Of a stretch of DNA of 64,000 nucleotides, positions 1-12,633 are shown piece after piece. The translations under genes and the position numbers were made by a program. The first letter of the stretch is position 1; every line of letters starts with the position of its first letter. Under the pieces are notes generated by a model. It had not been told where the DNA came from and searched no databases. It saw only the letters and a program-made list of their open reading frames with translations. The stretch spans positions 744,001-808,000 of the forward strand of contig NW_020844573.1 of NCBI RefSeq assembly GCF_003704095.1, written 5' to 3'. Source of the stretch: Pocillopora damicornis (Eukaryota).

Positions 1-159
1 AGCACTCTTCTGTTACCGTAGAGGGGATTTTAATTTATCATCGATAGTTGTCCGCAGTTATGTGCGTTTGTTTCTTAGACTTCGTGACAGCTGTCGTTTG
101 GTTGCGTCAATCAAGGTGTTCGAGAGAGAAAGCGTTGCTTGATGCGACCAACTAATATT

Positions 160-510
160 ATACAATACAATATAATATTTATTTTGCCATATACGACATT
201 TACAGATGGAAAAAAAAATGAAGAAAATTGATGACAGAAAATAAATGGCGAGAAAACCTGAAAGAAACCACGAGGCTTATAACAAGTCAGGCTTTCTCAC
301 TTAAAATAACTAATCTTATATTAGAATTACAATATGGACTTATGGTAATAACTTTGACCGCGCACACGTACACACACACACACGCACACACATATTAAGT
401 AAGTTAGTTAAGAATTACTGCCTTACAGAAGTTAATACCTAGAGAGAAGAAATTCCTTAAGCTTTCTTTTAAAAGAAGCGGAGGAGGGAGAACTATTTAC
501 TAAGGTGACC
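160..510 (-). mobile_element. 3' fragment of a non-LTR retrotransposon (CR1/L2-like LINE)
   Basis: Minus strand 509-432 reads VTLVNSSPSSASFKRKLKEFLLSRY*, resembling LINE ORF2 C-termini. It is followed by a 3'UTR with a (GT)n tract, AATAAA and an (ATTGT)n-like tail near 160-185. Confidence 0.55.
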
Positions 511-1276
511 ATTTAAGTCTCTGGCTCTTGTGAATGGACAGTGTACGCGCTACTCTCGCGAGCAATCACAAGCACTCTGTGATGGCCGAGAATACATTTC
601 CAAAGGAGTAGCACCCCTAGGCACTTCTTGCTACTCAAACTGGGGTGAGTTTTGAGAACTCGAGAGGCGCTTTGATATACTGACTTAAATCGCAGAGAGG
701 TATTTAACATACACATTTTTTTTTTGTCATTGTAGTCACAGCTACAGGAGTATGTGAAATAGTGTTCAGGCTTACAAATGGTCAAGGAGTATTCCAGTGG
801 ATCAGAGGGAAGGCAAGGACTCTGTATGATAAGAATAACAAGCCAGAGGCTATTACTGCTGATAATGTTCTTTTGAAGTGAGTCGAACAATTTTCTTTCC
901 CCTTTTAGTCTTGGTTTAAAGTGATGTACAGGGCACTGACTCGTCACCAGTCCTCTTCTTTATTTGCGCAGTGTGGGAGTGTGACTCGTGTGGGAATGGG
1001 ACTTGCGTGGGAGTGTGATTCTCGTGGGAATATGATGCGCCTGTGTGTGAGGAGGGAAAGAGAGGGCTTTTTCCAAGATGGTGGACGGTTGAAAAATGGG
1101 AAACAGACCTTCTCCTTGTGCTAATTATAAATCATAACTACTCCCTTATAGGAGTGTTTTATAGGAAGATCTTCTAACTATATTGTCCACAGTGCAAGGG
1201 ATTCGACATGCATTTACCTTGCGTCTGCTTTAAATTTCTCATTGAGTTTCTCGTAAAATTTTTTTACTTCTTTCAG

Positions 1277-3674
1277 CGATGAACAAGGACCATACTTCAG
1301 AAAGGTTTGTTATGAAGCGCTCCTTGAATGGAAGTCTCGTCAGAAGTCTCTTCCTTCGGTTCCCGGTGAGGATGACCACAATGCACGTCTGAAGGTAATT
1401 AGTCAAGAAAAAGGGCTTAAAACACCACCACCACCACCACCACAAGCGAATGGACTTCAAACGGGCGCTGTTCCTTCATCTGTTCCTTCATCTGTTCCTT
1501 CCCGGTCACAAAATGTACCAGATGAACCACGCCCAGTGGATTTGCCATGTGCAGTAGACAGATCATATCCCCCACCCCCACCCCCACCAAACGGACTACT
1601 TCCACAAGGCATAACAGGTACATCAAGTGGGGCACACACAGGGATACCAACCCCATTGGGTAGATCATTCTCGTCCAACAGACCTGTTTCAGCTGCCGTG
1701 CCACCTCTGGCCACCTCCAGGGAAACTGGTAACATCAGTGGGCAAGGTTTGTGTTAAGCGTAGTTTCAGTTTTTTCAAGTGTGTCAAATAACATCTGTTT
1801 TAATCTCTTTAATTAGCCATCCTTGGTTTATTCTTGTCTCTTTCGTTGTTTCCTATACGACTGAACCAATTCTTTTTTATTTTTTTTGTTTGTTTCCTAT
1901 CCGACTGAACCAATTTTTTTTCACTTTAAAGCTGAAGGTAGCTTTACACTTCGCAAAAAGGGAGATTTCTGTCGCGTGCTAGTTAAGAAGCTCGAGTCAA
2001 TTATCAGGCATTGAAATGGAGAGCGAATAATCTTAGTTGTTTTGGCACACTTCCACTGGTCGTTCAAAACCTCACAACAAAAGAGGCTCGAGTTTTTTTA
2101 TTTTTTTATTTTTATTATTTTGTTTACAATCACACACTGCAAGACCGCTTACTATCCATCACCGAATAGATAGCGAACGGCGTAACCGATCAGATTGCAG
2201 TATGGGTGGTAGAACATTGGTAGATTTATACGAATTTGACATTGCTTCTTTTAAGCTGCCAAACAATCGTCTTTATGCCAGTAGTTGCTAAGGCTGATGA
2301 AATCCTTAACAAAGAAAATGACGTAGTTAAGGTAACAATAAAAGTTGTTCTTTTCTTTACATAGTAGGAATGACTGCCATACCTGATGAAGTGTTACTGG
2401 ACGATTCCAAAGATATTGAGATTACTGACTTTAGCAGTGCAACCAATGTGGCAGAACCTAGCGGTCCTAAATTGCCTACGTTTGACTTGACGTCAGGTTC
2501 ATCAAAGTCGTGTATGTTTGGGTCTGCACACCTGAACAGGCAGCCTGTAGAGATGAAGCCAACTTTGGCGCACAGTGGAACTGGTCACAACTTCAAGACG
2601 GAAAACCGGAATGATTCAACTCATTTGTTCTCAAAACGGAGTAAGTCGGCTCACGAAGAGATTCATCGCATCAAACAATTCCTTATGGGTAATGAAGCAA
2701 ACTCCTTAACCCATCTACCTCGGGCTGATAACACACTTGCTATCAATGGGGGAAGTGTTCACAATGTCGCTGATCCTTGGGCCGGTTATCCAGTTGACTC
2801 ATCGCCTGTTCTACCTGAGGTAAGTTTCCCGGATGACGACGATGAGTGTTCGATGAACTATCCACAGGCTTTGCAGAGTGAAATGCGTCCGCCTTATCAA
2901 CCAAACGGGTGCACTTTACCCGGGATGGTTCAAGGCAATGTTACGAGCACGCAGTTCGTTGGAACTCAACAACCCGACGCAGATAACTTTGTATATCCGT
3001 TTTTACCAGACATGAGTAGCCTCAGCCATGTGAATTCTTCAAACGCCTTTGTTAACGGCATATCTAAGCAGGAAATTCATCAGATGTCAGCAACCATAGA
3101 TGGATTGCCATCATCGTTGCACAATGGGCAGGAGTTTAATCCAGCATTCCGTTCCCCAGAGGGAACCCTCCCTCAGTCATTTACGCCGAGCTACCAACAT
3201 AACCATAATGGACTACCCCACCCTCAAAGGGGTGCTGGTTTTAACCCAGTCGTAGATGCTACTTCTGCAAACCATTTTCCTCTTGATTTTATGTTAAACT
3301 CCAACACCACAAGTGTACCAAGTCAAGACACTAGCCTGTGGTTTTCATCAACTAATGCCACTAACCTAGCTCAGAATTTGCCCCCAAAAATCGAAGATAT
3401 GCCAAGCGTGGATGAAATTACGCCAAGCTTGTATGCAAACACTACCATGGCTCCTTACACTAACCCTGAACAGTTTAACAATGGACATCTCTCAGAATCT
3501 GTGCAGCTATCCGATGCATTTCAGCCTCCGAATGGTATGCACTTAAACCAGTCCGGTGTGAATCAATGCTTTCAAAAACAAACTTTTCAGAAAGAGCCCG
3601 GAAGTGCGAAGAATGTGGATCCAAATTTACATCAAGGTGGAAATAGCTTACTTAGAATGATGCTTACCCTATAA
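1277..3674 (+). CDS. Last two coding exons (1277-1746, 2365-3674) of a probable transcription factor with a long P/S/N/Q-rich C-terminus; likely an aryl hydrocarbon receptor-family bHLH-PAS protein (5' part outside window)
   Basis: Acceptor tttcag|C GAT GAA CAA GGA at 1277 opens a frame DEQGPYFRKVCYEALLEW...ISGQG to donor G|gtttgt (1746, phase 1). This matches acceptor catag|TA GGA ATG (2365), which enters the 434-aa ORF ending GNSLLRMMLTL*. A phase-2 intron before DEQG resembles the AHR PAS-B/TAD exon junction (T^DEEG). Confidence 0.6.
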
Positions 3675-3816
3675 CTAGAGAGTCTAACTTGGTTGTTTGC
3701 ATGAAAATGGTGTGGCAGGGAAAGGAAGTCTTGCTCTGTTTCTTAGCTTCCGAGAGACGCGCGACCCTTTTATACGTTTTAATTAACGGTTGCTTCAATT
3801 CAAACGGGAGCTAGTA

Positions 3817-4079
3817 AGAGCATTTTTCAATTGACTGTCGAAGAACGGAAACCAAAGTTATCATAACAAAGAAAAGCATTATCGTTAGCCGATGATAACT
3901 CATATTTAATACAGGCAAACTACCCAAAGCGTGGGAAAATGTGGGTGACCAAGCCACGACTGTTGTTGGTGTTGCGTCTGAAAGGATGGCACGAGTTTTC
4001 TGGGCTAACCACAGAGCGAGGTAAAGCAGAACTTAAGTAATTCCGGATTACTTGCGACATTCCATTGAAAATTGCTCTA
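3817..4079. mobile_element. MITE with imperfect ~24-bp TIRs
   Basis: Left end agagcatttttcaattgactgtcg; reverse complement of right end agagcaattttcaatggaatgtcg. Confidence 0.6.
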
Positions 4080-4991
4080 TGTGTAAAGCAACAGAAATAC
4101 TTTATTATGTGAAAACGCTTACTTGGTACCAAATAAGTCAGCGGTCGTAAATTTTCACCCCAGCACGAACGTCGATTAAACAACTACGCGCTACTCAGTC
4201 GATCGGTCTGTACGTTGCTTGTCGGATAAAAATTTCGGGAGAAATTCGGTCGGCATTCGGTAGCCTTTTTGTTCGTGGTGTGTTGTCGGTAACTAGTCAG
4301 CTTAAGAGTTTAAGGAGTAAGTTAAGAAGTGAATCGATAAAGTGACCTCAAACGTTGTATTTATCAGTTAAATCTGTTTGAGGTGACTTTGGTTTGTTGG
4401 TAGATATTTCCTGAATAATCTATGTTGGTGAAGAAAGTCGATAGTTCGTCAAAGTTTTCATTCGTTTGGTTGCGGTATTTCCGCGATCATCGATCGGTCA
4501 AACATCGAGGTATCCATAGTTCGTCTTTAAATTTTCGGCAACTTTTGAGCGGCTACTAGGCAGATTACAAATAGCTTAATACATTAATACATTTTTTAAA
4601 AGAATAGTTTTCCCGCTTAAGAGAAAGTCTTACTTAAAGTAGAGAATAGTGTCTTGAATTATTTCTTGTACTAGTTTTACAAACACGTCGTAATATAATC
4701 GTAACTAAATTGTCGTGCTACCATACAAATTATTTCACATTAGTTTAGGCCAATTTGGATTATAGAAAATAAATTTCTTAGTAAAAGACTTCGTAAAAGT
4801 ATTTTGGTCGGGTAAATAACATTAGAAAGCTAAAAGCAAATTGAAAAGCAACTAGGACAAATGAAGATTTAAATGATATATCGGAATGAAAATGACGAGT
4901 TCTAGACACTAGTAAGCCTCTGAAATCGTAACATAGCTACTTCTAACTTGAGGGCCTAGTAATTCGGTGGGCGGATGAGATTATACACCAA

Positions 4992-5122
4992 GGCCTAGTT
5001 GTTCACAGGGTGGATAATGCTATCCACTGGATAAACATCTTTCCGGTGATAGCGTAGTAAACTTTCTTCTGGATGGCGATTTGTCCGTCGGATAGTGCTA
5101 TCCGTCCTCTGAACAACAGGGC
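4992..5122. mobile_element. Short palindromic MITE (gttgttc...ggataatgctatccac family)
   Basis: Inverted ends gcctagttgttca / tgaacaacagggc. Related copies at ~43457-43590 and ~44030-44130. Confidence 0.55.
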
Positions 5123-5902
5123 GCGGTTAAATCGCACTCTTAGTAACATTGTAGTGTGATGTGTTGTGTTAAAAGTTGAACATTAGCCACGCTTTGAGAA
5201 ACAGTATTCCATTACCTGTTGTGTTGTGTGACTCATCAGAGTATGGGTCGGCCTATATTGTATTACTAGGCAACAGTGAGGTGTTACGTTGTTGTAATGA
5301 AATGCCGTGGAAAGAGCGTCTTCCCCAAGAAGAGTCGCGTACCTACTACTCGGGTCGTTGTTAGATGAACGTAAACGGCGGCCTGTTTCGTGTGTGTTTT
5401 ACTCATTAGATTTATATTGGAATTTTATTCATGGGACATAGTCGGGACTTGAACAAGTGTCCCCTGAACAGAAAGGAGGCTTCAATTTGCTCATGCCAAT
5501 TTTTTTAGGACGTAAACGGACATCTTTGGAATTGGTCCCTTTTCTTTTCACTCTTTATGTGTTTCTGACGTTTTCAAAATAAATTCATTGAGAAAAGACT
5601 CTTCAATCTTGGCATCTCTGTACAACGTTTTACAGCTGTGTCCTTATCTGCCTAAGTATTTTTATACTCATTTCTATGTGATGGTGTTTCTTGCCTGGAA
5701 AGTGTTTCATTTCATTACTTTGGGTTTTTCTCAGAATACTCAGTCTTGTAAGTTAATCATTGTAACTGTAATACGATGTAATCTGGATTATATAAAGAGC
5801 TTATTATTTCTTATGTCTAATAATATATCCACTATATAAGTAATACAATCGTGTATTATATGTACAGAACTGAATGATGAGATATTACTAGCTTCCAGAA
5901 AT

Positions 5903-6036
5903 TAGACTCGCACCCAATTATTATTTGCATTTTTCGGACGAGAGAATATTGGGCGTTATGACACCTTTTTCTTAATAATCTAGATTCAAGTCTTCTCTCA
6001 CTTCGAAGGCACCACTAACGACTGGGTGCGAGTCTA
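5903..6036. mobile_element. MITE with perfect 14-bp TIRs
   Basis: tagactcgcaccca (5903-5916) and tgggtgcgagtcta (6023-6036) are exact reverse complements. Confidence 0.65.
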
Positions 6037-8380
6037 TCAAAGTATGACAACCTGGCTTGAAAACCTAGTAATTGAAGAAGCTGGCAAATAAGATTATAGC
6101 TATAAATAATTCTTTCGGACGATGTGTCATTCGTTTTAGGCGAAACTAGCGAAGATAGAGTAACTTAACGCGTTTAGTAATGCATTATTGCCGACATACC
6201 CCGTGATCGATTTTGTAGAAGAAAACGGACTTAATCCAGGTGTGATAATAAAGTCAAGCCCCATGATATTTAGAGATGGCTTAGCAGCAGAATTTTAAAA
6301 TTACTAGTGTTATTTACAGTTCAGAGAACGTTTTATTATGACAACAGAGAAACTATTTCTTGTGTTTATGACAGTAAAGGTATGGCTAAATATGGATTTT
6401 AGTGCGGCTGTTTCCTTCTACTGGCGTTTACTTATCACATTAACTCTTAGATCAGATTATTAATTCTCCCTTCTCATTGGGAACTTTTTCCAACAAACTA
6501 GGGCGTTGGGAAATTTAGGTATTTTATTAAGATAACACCAATCAGCTCGTCAGCCTGCATATTCTCATTGCCTGAAGGCCAGATGATACATCAATCCGAG
6601 AATGAAATCGCAGGAAGATGAATTTTCAATTATCCCTTGGTGATATTTGGTCAGGAATTTTCGCGAAGTTTTTGAAAATTGTCGCTAATTGGAAGGAAAG
6701 TAACGGAAAAAACACTGCGCAAGCAAATAATGAACCAAAATAGGGAATGGGGGTTGCAGAATAACAAGGGCTGGGAAAGATGAAACCTAAAAAAAAACGT
6801 TTGACGAACCATGCTCGAATCCCTTGTGACCACTTGGTCGCGGGGGGACTGGACAAGAGATTTCCACTCATCGTTTGACAATTCTTTGGATATTCTTGGA
6901 AATTTCCCAGCCGAAAAATGCTTAAAATCAATGCAGATTATCTTAGTAAAGGAATGAGGAGTAACGATTCATTCTTGTTAGAATCAAGTACAGTGTGATT
7001 TACCAACTGTCATATGTTATCAACAAACCGCGAAGTATGGTCCAACCACCCCCACCCCCACCCCCACCCCTTACCCCAACTTGTGGGTGCAAACTGATCT
7101 TTTTCGTGCAGCATACCTTTAATTCATGTTAGTTCTTGATATCATATGTGATATCTGATACTTCTGTCGGCTGGTATTGGGTTCTTTAAACAACGTTGAA
7201 TTCCTGAAAGGACCTACTGTTAAATTACTTTTTCGCTAGCGTGAAAAGTTTTGCAGAAGACATAGATCCATTTACTTACTTCCCACTCAGGGGATTAGGA
7301 CACGTGGTACCAGCAAAAACACGCGCTTATTTCCATAGAAACGTCAGGTCCATTGTCCGTTTTTGCGCGTGCCCTAGCCTCAAACTTGTACAAAGAGTCA
7401 AAAGCTTGAAGGAGGTGAAGTGTCGAGGTAATGGAATATCGGTGTTTTTGTTGCTGAATATGAAAGGTACAGGTGTGTATCGATTTCCTCCTATTGGCGC
7501 AACATTTGCAAAGAAGGGAGAAGCAATGATCATAGGTCACATCCATGCTACCGCTGGATTTCAAGAGTTTAAAATTTTGACACACGACCCACGCGCACAA
7601 TTCTTTGAAAACTTGAAGCCTATTCTTGTGAAACGTTTATGGTTATTTATCGGTACCTTTACACACATTTAATTTGTTTCAAACAGGAAACCCTTGTGGT
7701 GAAGAAAAAGGGGTTTTTAATTGCCGTCTGGAATTTGTAAACAAACAAACAAGTCACTAGCAGTTTGTGATTTTTTTCAAGTTATCCCCTTCGCGTGCAA
7801 ACTTTTTTCGACTATTTTGCCGAGCTCTTTTAATAACTCAACTCTATGATAGCGATCAAATGAGCGTTCTTGTCGATAGTCTTCCAATAATATGGTTAGA
7901 GACCTTTTTTGTAATCATTTTGCCCTTTAAACCCTTTTCAGCTGTTTTCAAATGTGTCAAAATTTAATTACTGGATGAAACTTTCGCTCAGCAACAATAA
8001 TTCTTCAATAACGATGTTTCTGTCACTTCCACTGAAATCAGACGAAATAATGAAAAATCTTTGAGGATGTTAATCGGGATATTGGCGTTTATTTATGTTA
8101 ATCTATTAGCTAATAGTATATTTATAAGTTGATCTCGCAATCCTCTCAGAGAGCCTCAGGATCGAAAGAGACTTAGCAAAACAAACTTCGAAATTAAGAT
8201 TTCTTGAAAGATTTTCGATAAGATTCAGCAAAGATCTTGCAATAGGATGCTCCTAGAATCTTCAAGGATATTTAGATATCTTCAAAGTCCTTAAAATTGT
8301 AAGTTTTGATAAGGATTTTAAGAGAGGCTTTCTGCTCTTTTCCCTTTTCCAGTTGGATTTTTCCGCGCCATGGAGTGAAA

Positions 8381-11300
8381 ATGAGGAGTCCTTTTGGGCT
8401 CAAAGAGAAAGGGAAAATTTTACAAAGAGCTACTAAATCATGTCAGAGCCTCTTGGATCTGCGTGGTCTGCACATTGCCAGCATACCTAATGAAATCTTT
8501 GCAAAGCCTTTGGTGGAAAACTTGATAGTTTTAGAACTAAGTTTTAATGGCCTCCAGTCACTTCCCAGTTGTATTTGCCAACTGGTTAGTTTGGAGGAAC
8601 TTTACCTTGGACATAATAACTTAAAAATTTTGCCCAAAGAAATTGGAGATCTTCCAGCCTTGACAAGACTTGATCTGGTACATAATGGTCTTCAAGAAGT
8701 CCCATTTTGCATTTCAAGATTGAGAACTCTAGAGTGGGTTAATCTGGCTGGGAACCTGGTGGAAGTTTTACCACCTTGGTTGCTTCTTCTACCAAACCTT
8801 CAACATTTGTACCTTGTACGTAACCTCATTGAAAACATCCCCAGGGATTGTTATCTTCAAGGAATAGATTGCATGCGCAGGTACTTTAGATTGCCTTGCA
8901 CTAGAGATGCTAGTGACAGAAACTGCCACACAAATTTGAGGCTATTGTCTCCTCAAAGAAAATGCTTTACAAGACCAAAGCTGCGCTCAAATACTCTGGA
9001 CAGACCCCTGTTGTTGTCTGAAAGTGAACCAGATGTAGGATTTAAAAAGTTAGTCTGTGAGCAGACCTCCCCTAGTTCAAGATGTTCACCAGTTGAAGAT
9101 GATTCCATGATTTCCGCATCCTTGCCTGTGGAAACTTTACCAGGTAAATACGTCGAGCAACATCAGAACATTGTATCCAATTTGGAAAAGGCTCATCAGA
9201 ATGAACTTTGCCTGGTTAAACAACAGAAAAGCAAGCTTCTTCACAAGCAGGAGCTTAGAAAAAAAAACATTGACTCCTTGCGTAAGATGAAAGAACAGTG
9301 TAAACCGGCACCATTTCCTTATACAAGAAGGAGGTTAGATTTTAGCCTGGATCTTGAGAGTCTGAACAGAAGAAGACCAAGATGCTTGACTACAAGTGAA
9401 TATGGAACTTGTTCCTCCATTACAGAGAGCATTGGAGTAAGGGAGCATTCGTTCCTAAACAGAAAAGATTCTCTTTTGAGTTTTCAATCATCTACTTCAC
9501 TAGATGATGCTTTCAACAACAATTTACCAGCAAATCTGAGGCAGAGAAAGCTCTCAAGTGACAGTGGCAGCTCCTGTTTGAGTGAAGTTTCTGAAAATGA
9601 CTGTTACATCAATGACTCTGACTTAGAGTCAGTTATTGACCGACGTAGACACATAAGTCTGGGAGACATCTGTGTTATTATCCCAGAGGAAAATATCACT
9701 GGCCATCTGCAGTCAGAATTTCATCTGGAGGTGTTAGAAGATATGTCATTTGCTCCTACACTCAAGAGTCGGGAGGTGCTTGCTAGTGAAGTTATTGAGA
9801 TGACACCACATGGAGCCGAGTTTTTCAAAGATGATCCAGCCATCATCAGTTTTCCTTTTGATGTTAAAGTTGGAAGGTACGATGTTGTCACTTGTCTTTG
9901 CAGCAACACTGGTTTTGGGCAGAGAACAAGTTGGGAAAAAATGAATCCAAGTGACTACAAGGTCTTCACTTCTCATGTAGAAATCAGAGCCTACCATTTC
10001 AGTCTTTTTGCGATTGTGGTAACAAAAGGCTACCCTGAAGCTCGCAAGACCATAAAAGCTGGTATAGGTGGTTGTCTCCACATCCCCGAAGTCCCTGGAA
10101 TAGAAATTCTCTTCCCAGACACATCATTACTTCATGATATTGAAGCATCTGTGAAGGTTCTTTATGCAGATCACCCTTATGATGTTGATCATTCTGACCC
10201 AGAGGCATTAGCACTTGCTACACCAGTTGTCCAACTTGGTCCTCATGGCTGTGTGTTTAATCTACATTCTGCTGACTCTGTGACTGTGCGCCTTCCACTT
10301 CCAGATGGCAAAGAGATTTTAGAGAGGTATGGAGACAGGCAGCTCACATTTTGGTGTAGTTCTACAACAGATGGAGAAGATCTCCAGTGGCAGCAGTTCT
10401 ATCCTAGGTTTTTCCACATTGATAATGATGACAATGCTCTATGCTCTGTATACTTCTCTGTGGAGCACTTCTCTTTCGTTAGAGTTCTCTGGAACATCAT
10501 TGATACCATCTTGTGGGAAGCCAAGCTGGGTGCCTCTAGTATCATTCCTCTGTTCCAATTCAGTGTTTCCTTTCAAGCTTTGATGTCAGAAGTGAGCGAG
10601 AATGGGCTGAGGTTTGGCCTTTGTATAGCGTGCTACAGATTTGGTAAACCTTTGGAGGACATTGGCAATTTTCCTACTGTTGTTGGTAAATGTATTGCAC
10701 CGAGACTGCTACACACAGGAAGGCTGCAAATCAGGTAAGCTTAACTAGATTGTATGTATTAAAATGTATGCCTTATAAATGTGCACCAGCACATGCAGGA
10801 TTTTCCAATACTGGGGTCCAACTTTTGAAACATCAGTGACTTACAACAAAACAAATGTGACTTCATTTTACCCCAAATTTAGAGTAGCTATTTTAGTAGC
10901 TCATATCTTTAGGAGTATTTGAATAAATGGGAAAGATACATTATTGTAAATTAACATAAACATAGAATGTTAAAAACCCAAATTGGCAGGTATTTTTATT
11001 ATCAACTGAAGGTATGTTTTTACTCTTTATCAAGGAAGTGTGGCATGGGCCTAAGAACCCTCTCCTCCACCCTCCCCTCCCAGACACCTTTCTCAAGCCT
11101 TTTTTTTTTATTATTTTGTACATATTAAAAGTAATCAGCTCTAAAATTAGTTGAAGAGGAGTAATGTGTTTTTCCTCCTTTACCTTTTCAATTATTTTTT
11201 CTCAGTGCCTCTGAACCATTTCATAACTTTAAACAATGCAAAATTTCACTCTCTCCCCAGCTTAAACCTTAATTGACTTGATATGACAATTCACATTGCT

Positions 11301-12633
11301 CATACTAAACACTTTCTTCAAACCATATCTGTTACAAGGTTGGAATCAGATCATTTTGACACAGACACCTCAATTGGTGTTAAAGATCTTGTAGCTGTGG
11401 AGAACTTCACTGGCCATCCATTTGTGATTCAGTTTGGATGTCGATTTAAGGGAGAGCCACCATATGGAAACTTTGGTAATGTTTTTGTGGATGAACTATC
11501 AAAGAGTGGTGAAAACAAGCCAGTTTTCTCTTTCCTCTTAAATAGGGTAAGCTCTTATGTAATGCTTAACTACACTGAACAACTACAACTTAGATTTACT
11601 TTCAAAGGAGAAGAGCAAACCTCCTATGAGATTTTCTGTAGCTTAACCTGTGAAATCCTAACATCAGTATCCAGATTCTCCATACTTTTCTTATCAGTTC
11701 CTTTGGTACTGACAAGGAGAATTTGTGTAATCACACAAGTGCTTAGGTTGATGATCATTTCCCTTATTCTCATGATCTTAATGAATGATTCAGCAATATT
11801 AATGTAAAGAGAAATTAGAAGCTGGTCAATCCTAGGGTTAACAGCAAGAGAGCATCAGACTGTAAAATTTAAAGGTTTTGGGTTGAATTCCTTAAGGTAC
11901 TATAGGTTTTTCTCCTTTGTCCTACACTCACAAGAAGAAATCAATAATAACTTCCTCTAATTGACTACTTAACTTNNNNNNNNNNNNNNNNNNNNNNNNN
12001 NNNNNNNNNNNNNNNNNNNNNNNNNNNNNNNNNNNNNNNNNNNNNNNNNNNNNNNNNNNNNNNNNNNNNNNNNNNGTTGCAAGATGTAAAATGTTAGGTA
12101 TTAATGTGTCATCAAAGAGAAAATTCACTTCTCTTCATCTGAGGAGTATCCCTGAGAATTGACCTCCATCACATCTGAAAAAAGACAATATACTTTAAAC
12201 AAAGTCCTTGTTCTTTTAGATGCACAGACATATCCACACTTTTCTCATTCTTGACTGACTGCCCAATATTTTGATTCTGACAGAAATGGAACCCAAAATG
12301 TGCCCTTGTGTAAAAAAGAATGCTCGCAAACGAAGACTTCCAGAGGCTATAAATTGGGAAGAGAAATTCCAGGACCTTTCCCAAAACATTGGAAATGGAA
12401 AGTGGAAACAGCTTGGCCGAGTGTTGGGGGTTAGTGATAACAAAATAAAGGAGATCGAACATGACTGCTGCATCAATAAAGATGGCTTGTATGAAAAATC
12501 ATATCAAGTGCTTTTAGCATGGAGAGATCTCTACCCAGATCGTTGCGATCTGAATACTCTCTCTGGGGCATTATGCAAAGTGGGGCTCGAGTATGTTGCA
12601 AGACAATACTGTTTTGCTTTAGAGATGGGTTGA
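8381..12633 (+). CDS. PIDD1: PIDD1-like protein (LRR - linker - ZU5 - ZU5 - UPA - death domain). Exons 8381-10734, 11339-11546, a small exon partly in the N gap ending 12097, and 12284-12633
   Basis: N-terminal LRRs (LEELYLGHNNLKILPKEIGDLPALTRLDL). Two ZU5 domains (SEVIEMTPHG, TPVVQLGPHG), each ending in an HFS motif (YHFSLF, EHFSFV). C-terminal death domain (KWKQLGRVLGVSDNKIKEIE...YQVLLAW). Splice phases are consistent only if a phase 0/1 exon (...VARCKML^) emerges from the gap. Confidence 0.8.

Noticed and set aside
513-1124. 144-aa and 67-aa ORFs
   Set aside because: They lie in an intron among repeat fragments, with no recognisable domain or consistent splice structure.
4844-4861. aaaagcaactag-ga-caaa resembles the complement of cnidarian miR-2022 as I recall it
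   Set aside because: Only 12 contiguous matches, a bulge in the seed region and no 3' pairing; cnidarian miRNAs generally need near-full complementarity.
7700-8380. p53 response element upstream of the PIDD1-like gene
   Set aside because: Only an isolated imperfect half-site (aaacaagtca); no paired RRRCWWGYYY.
8306-8380. N-terminal extension of the 810-aa ORF
   Set aside because: The track uses a TTG start; the first ATG is at 8381. The same applies to the extensions at 31973, 40636 and 52977.
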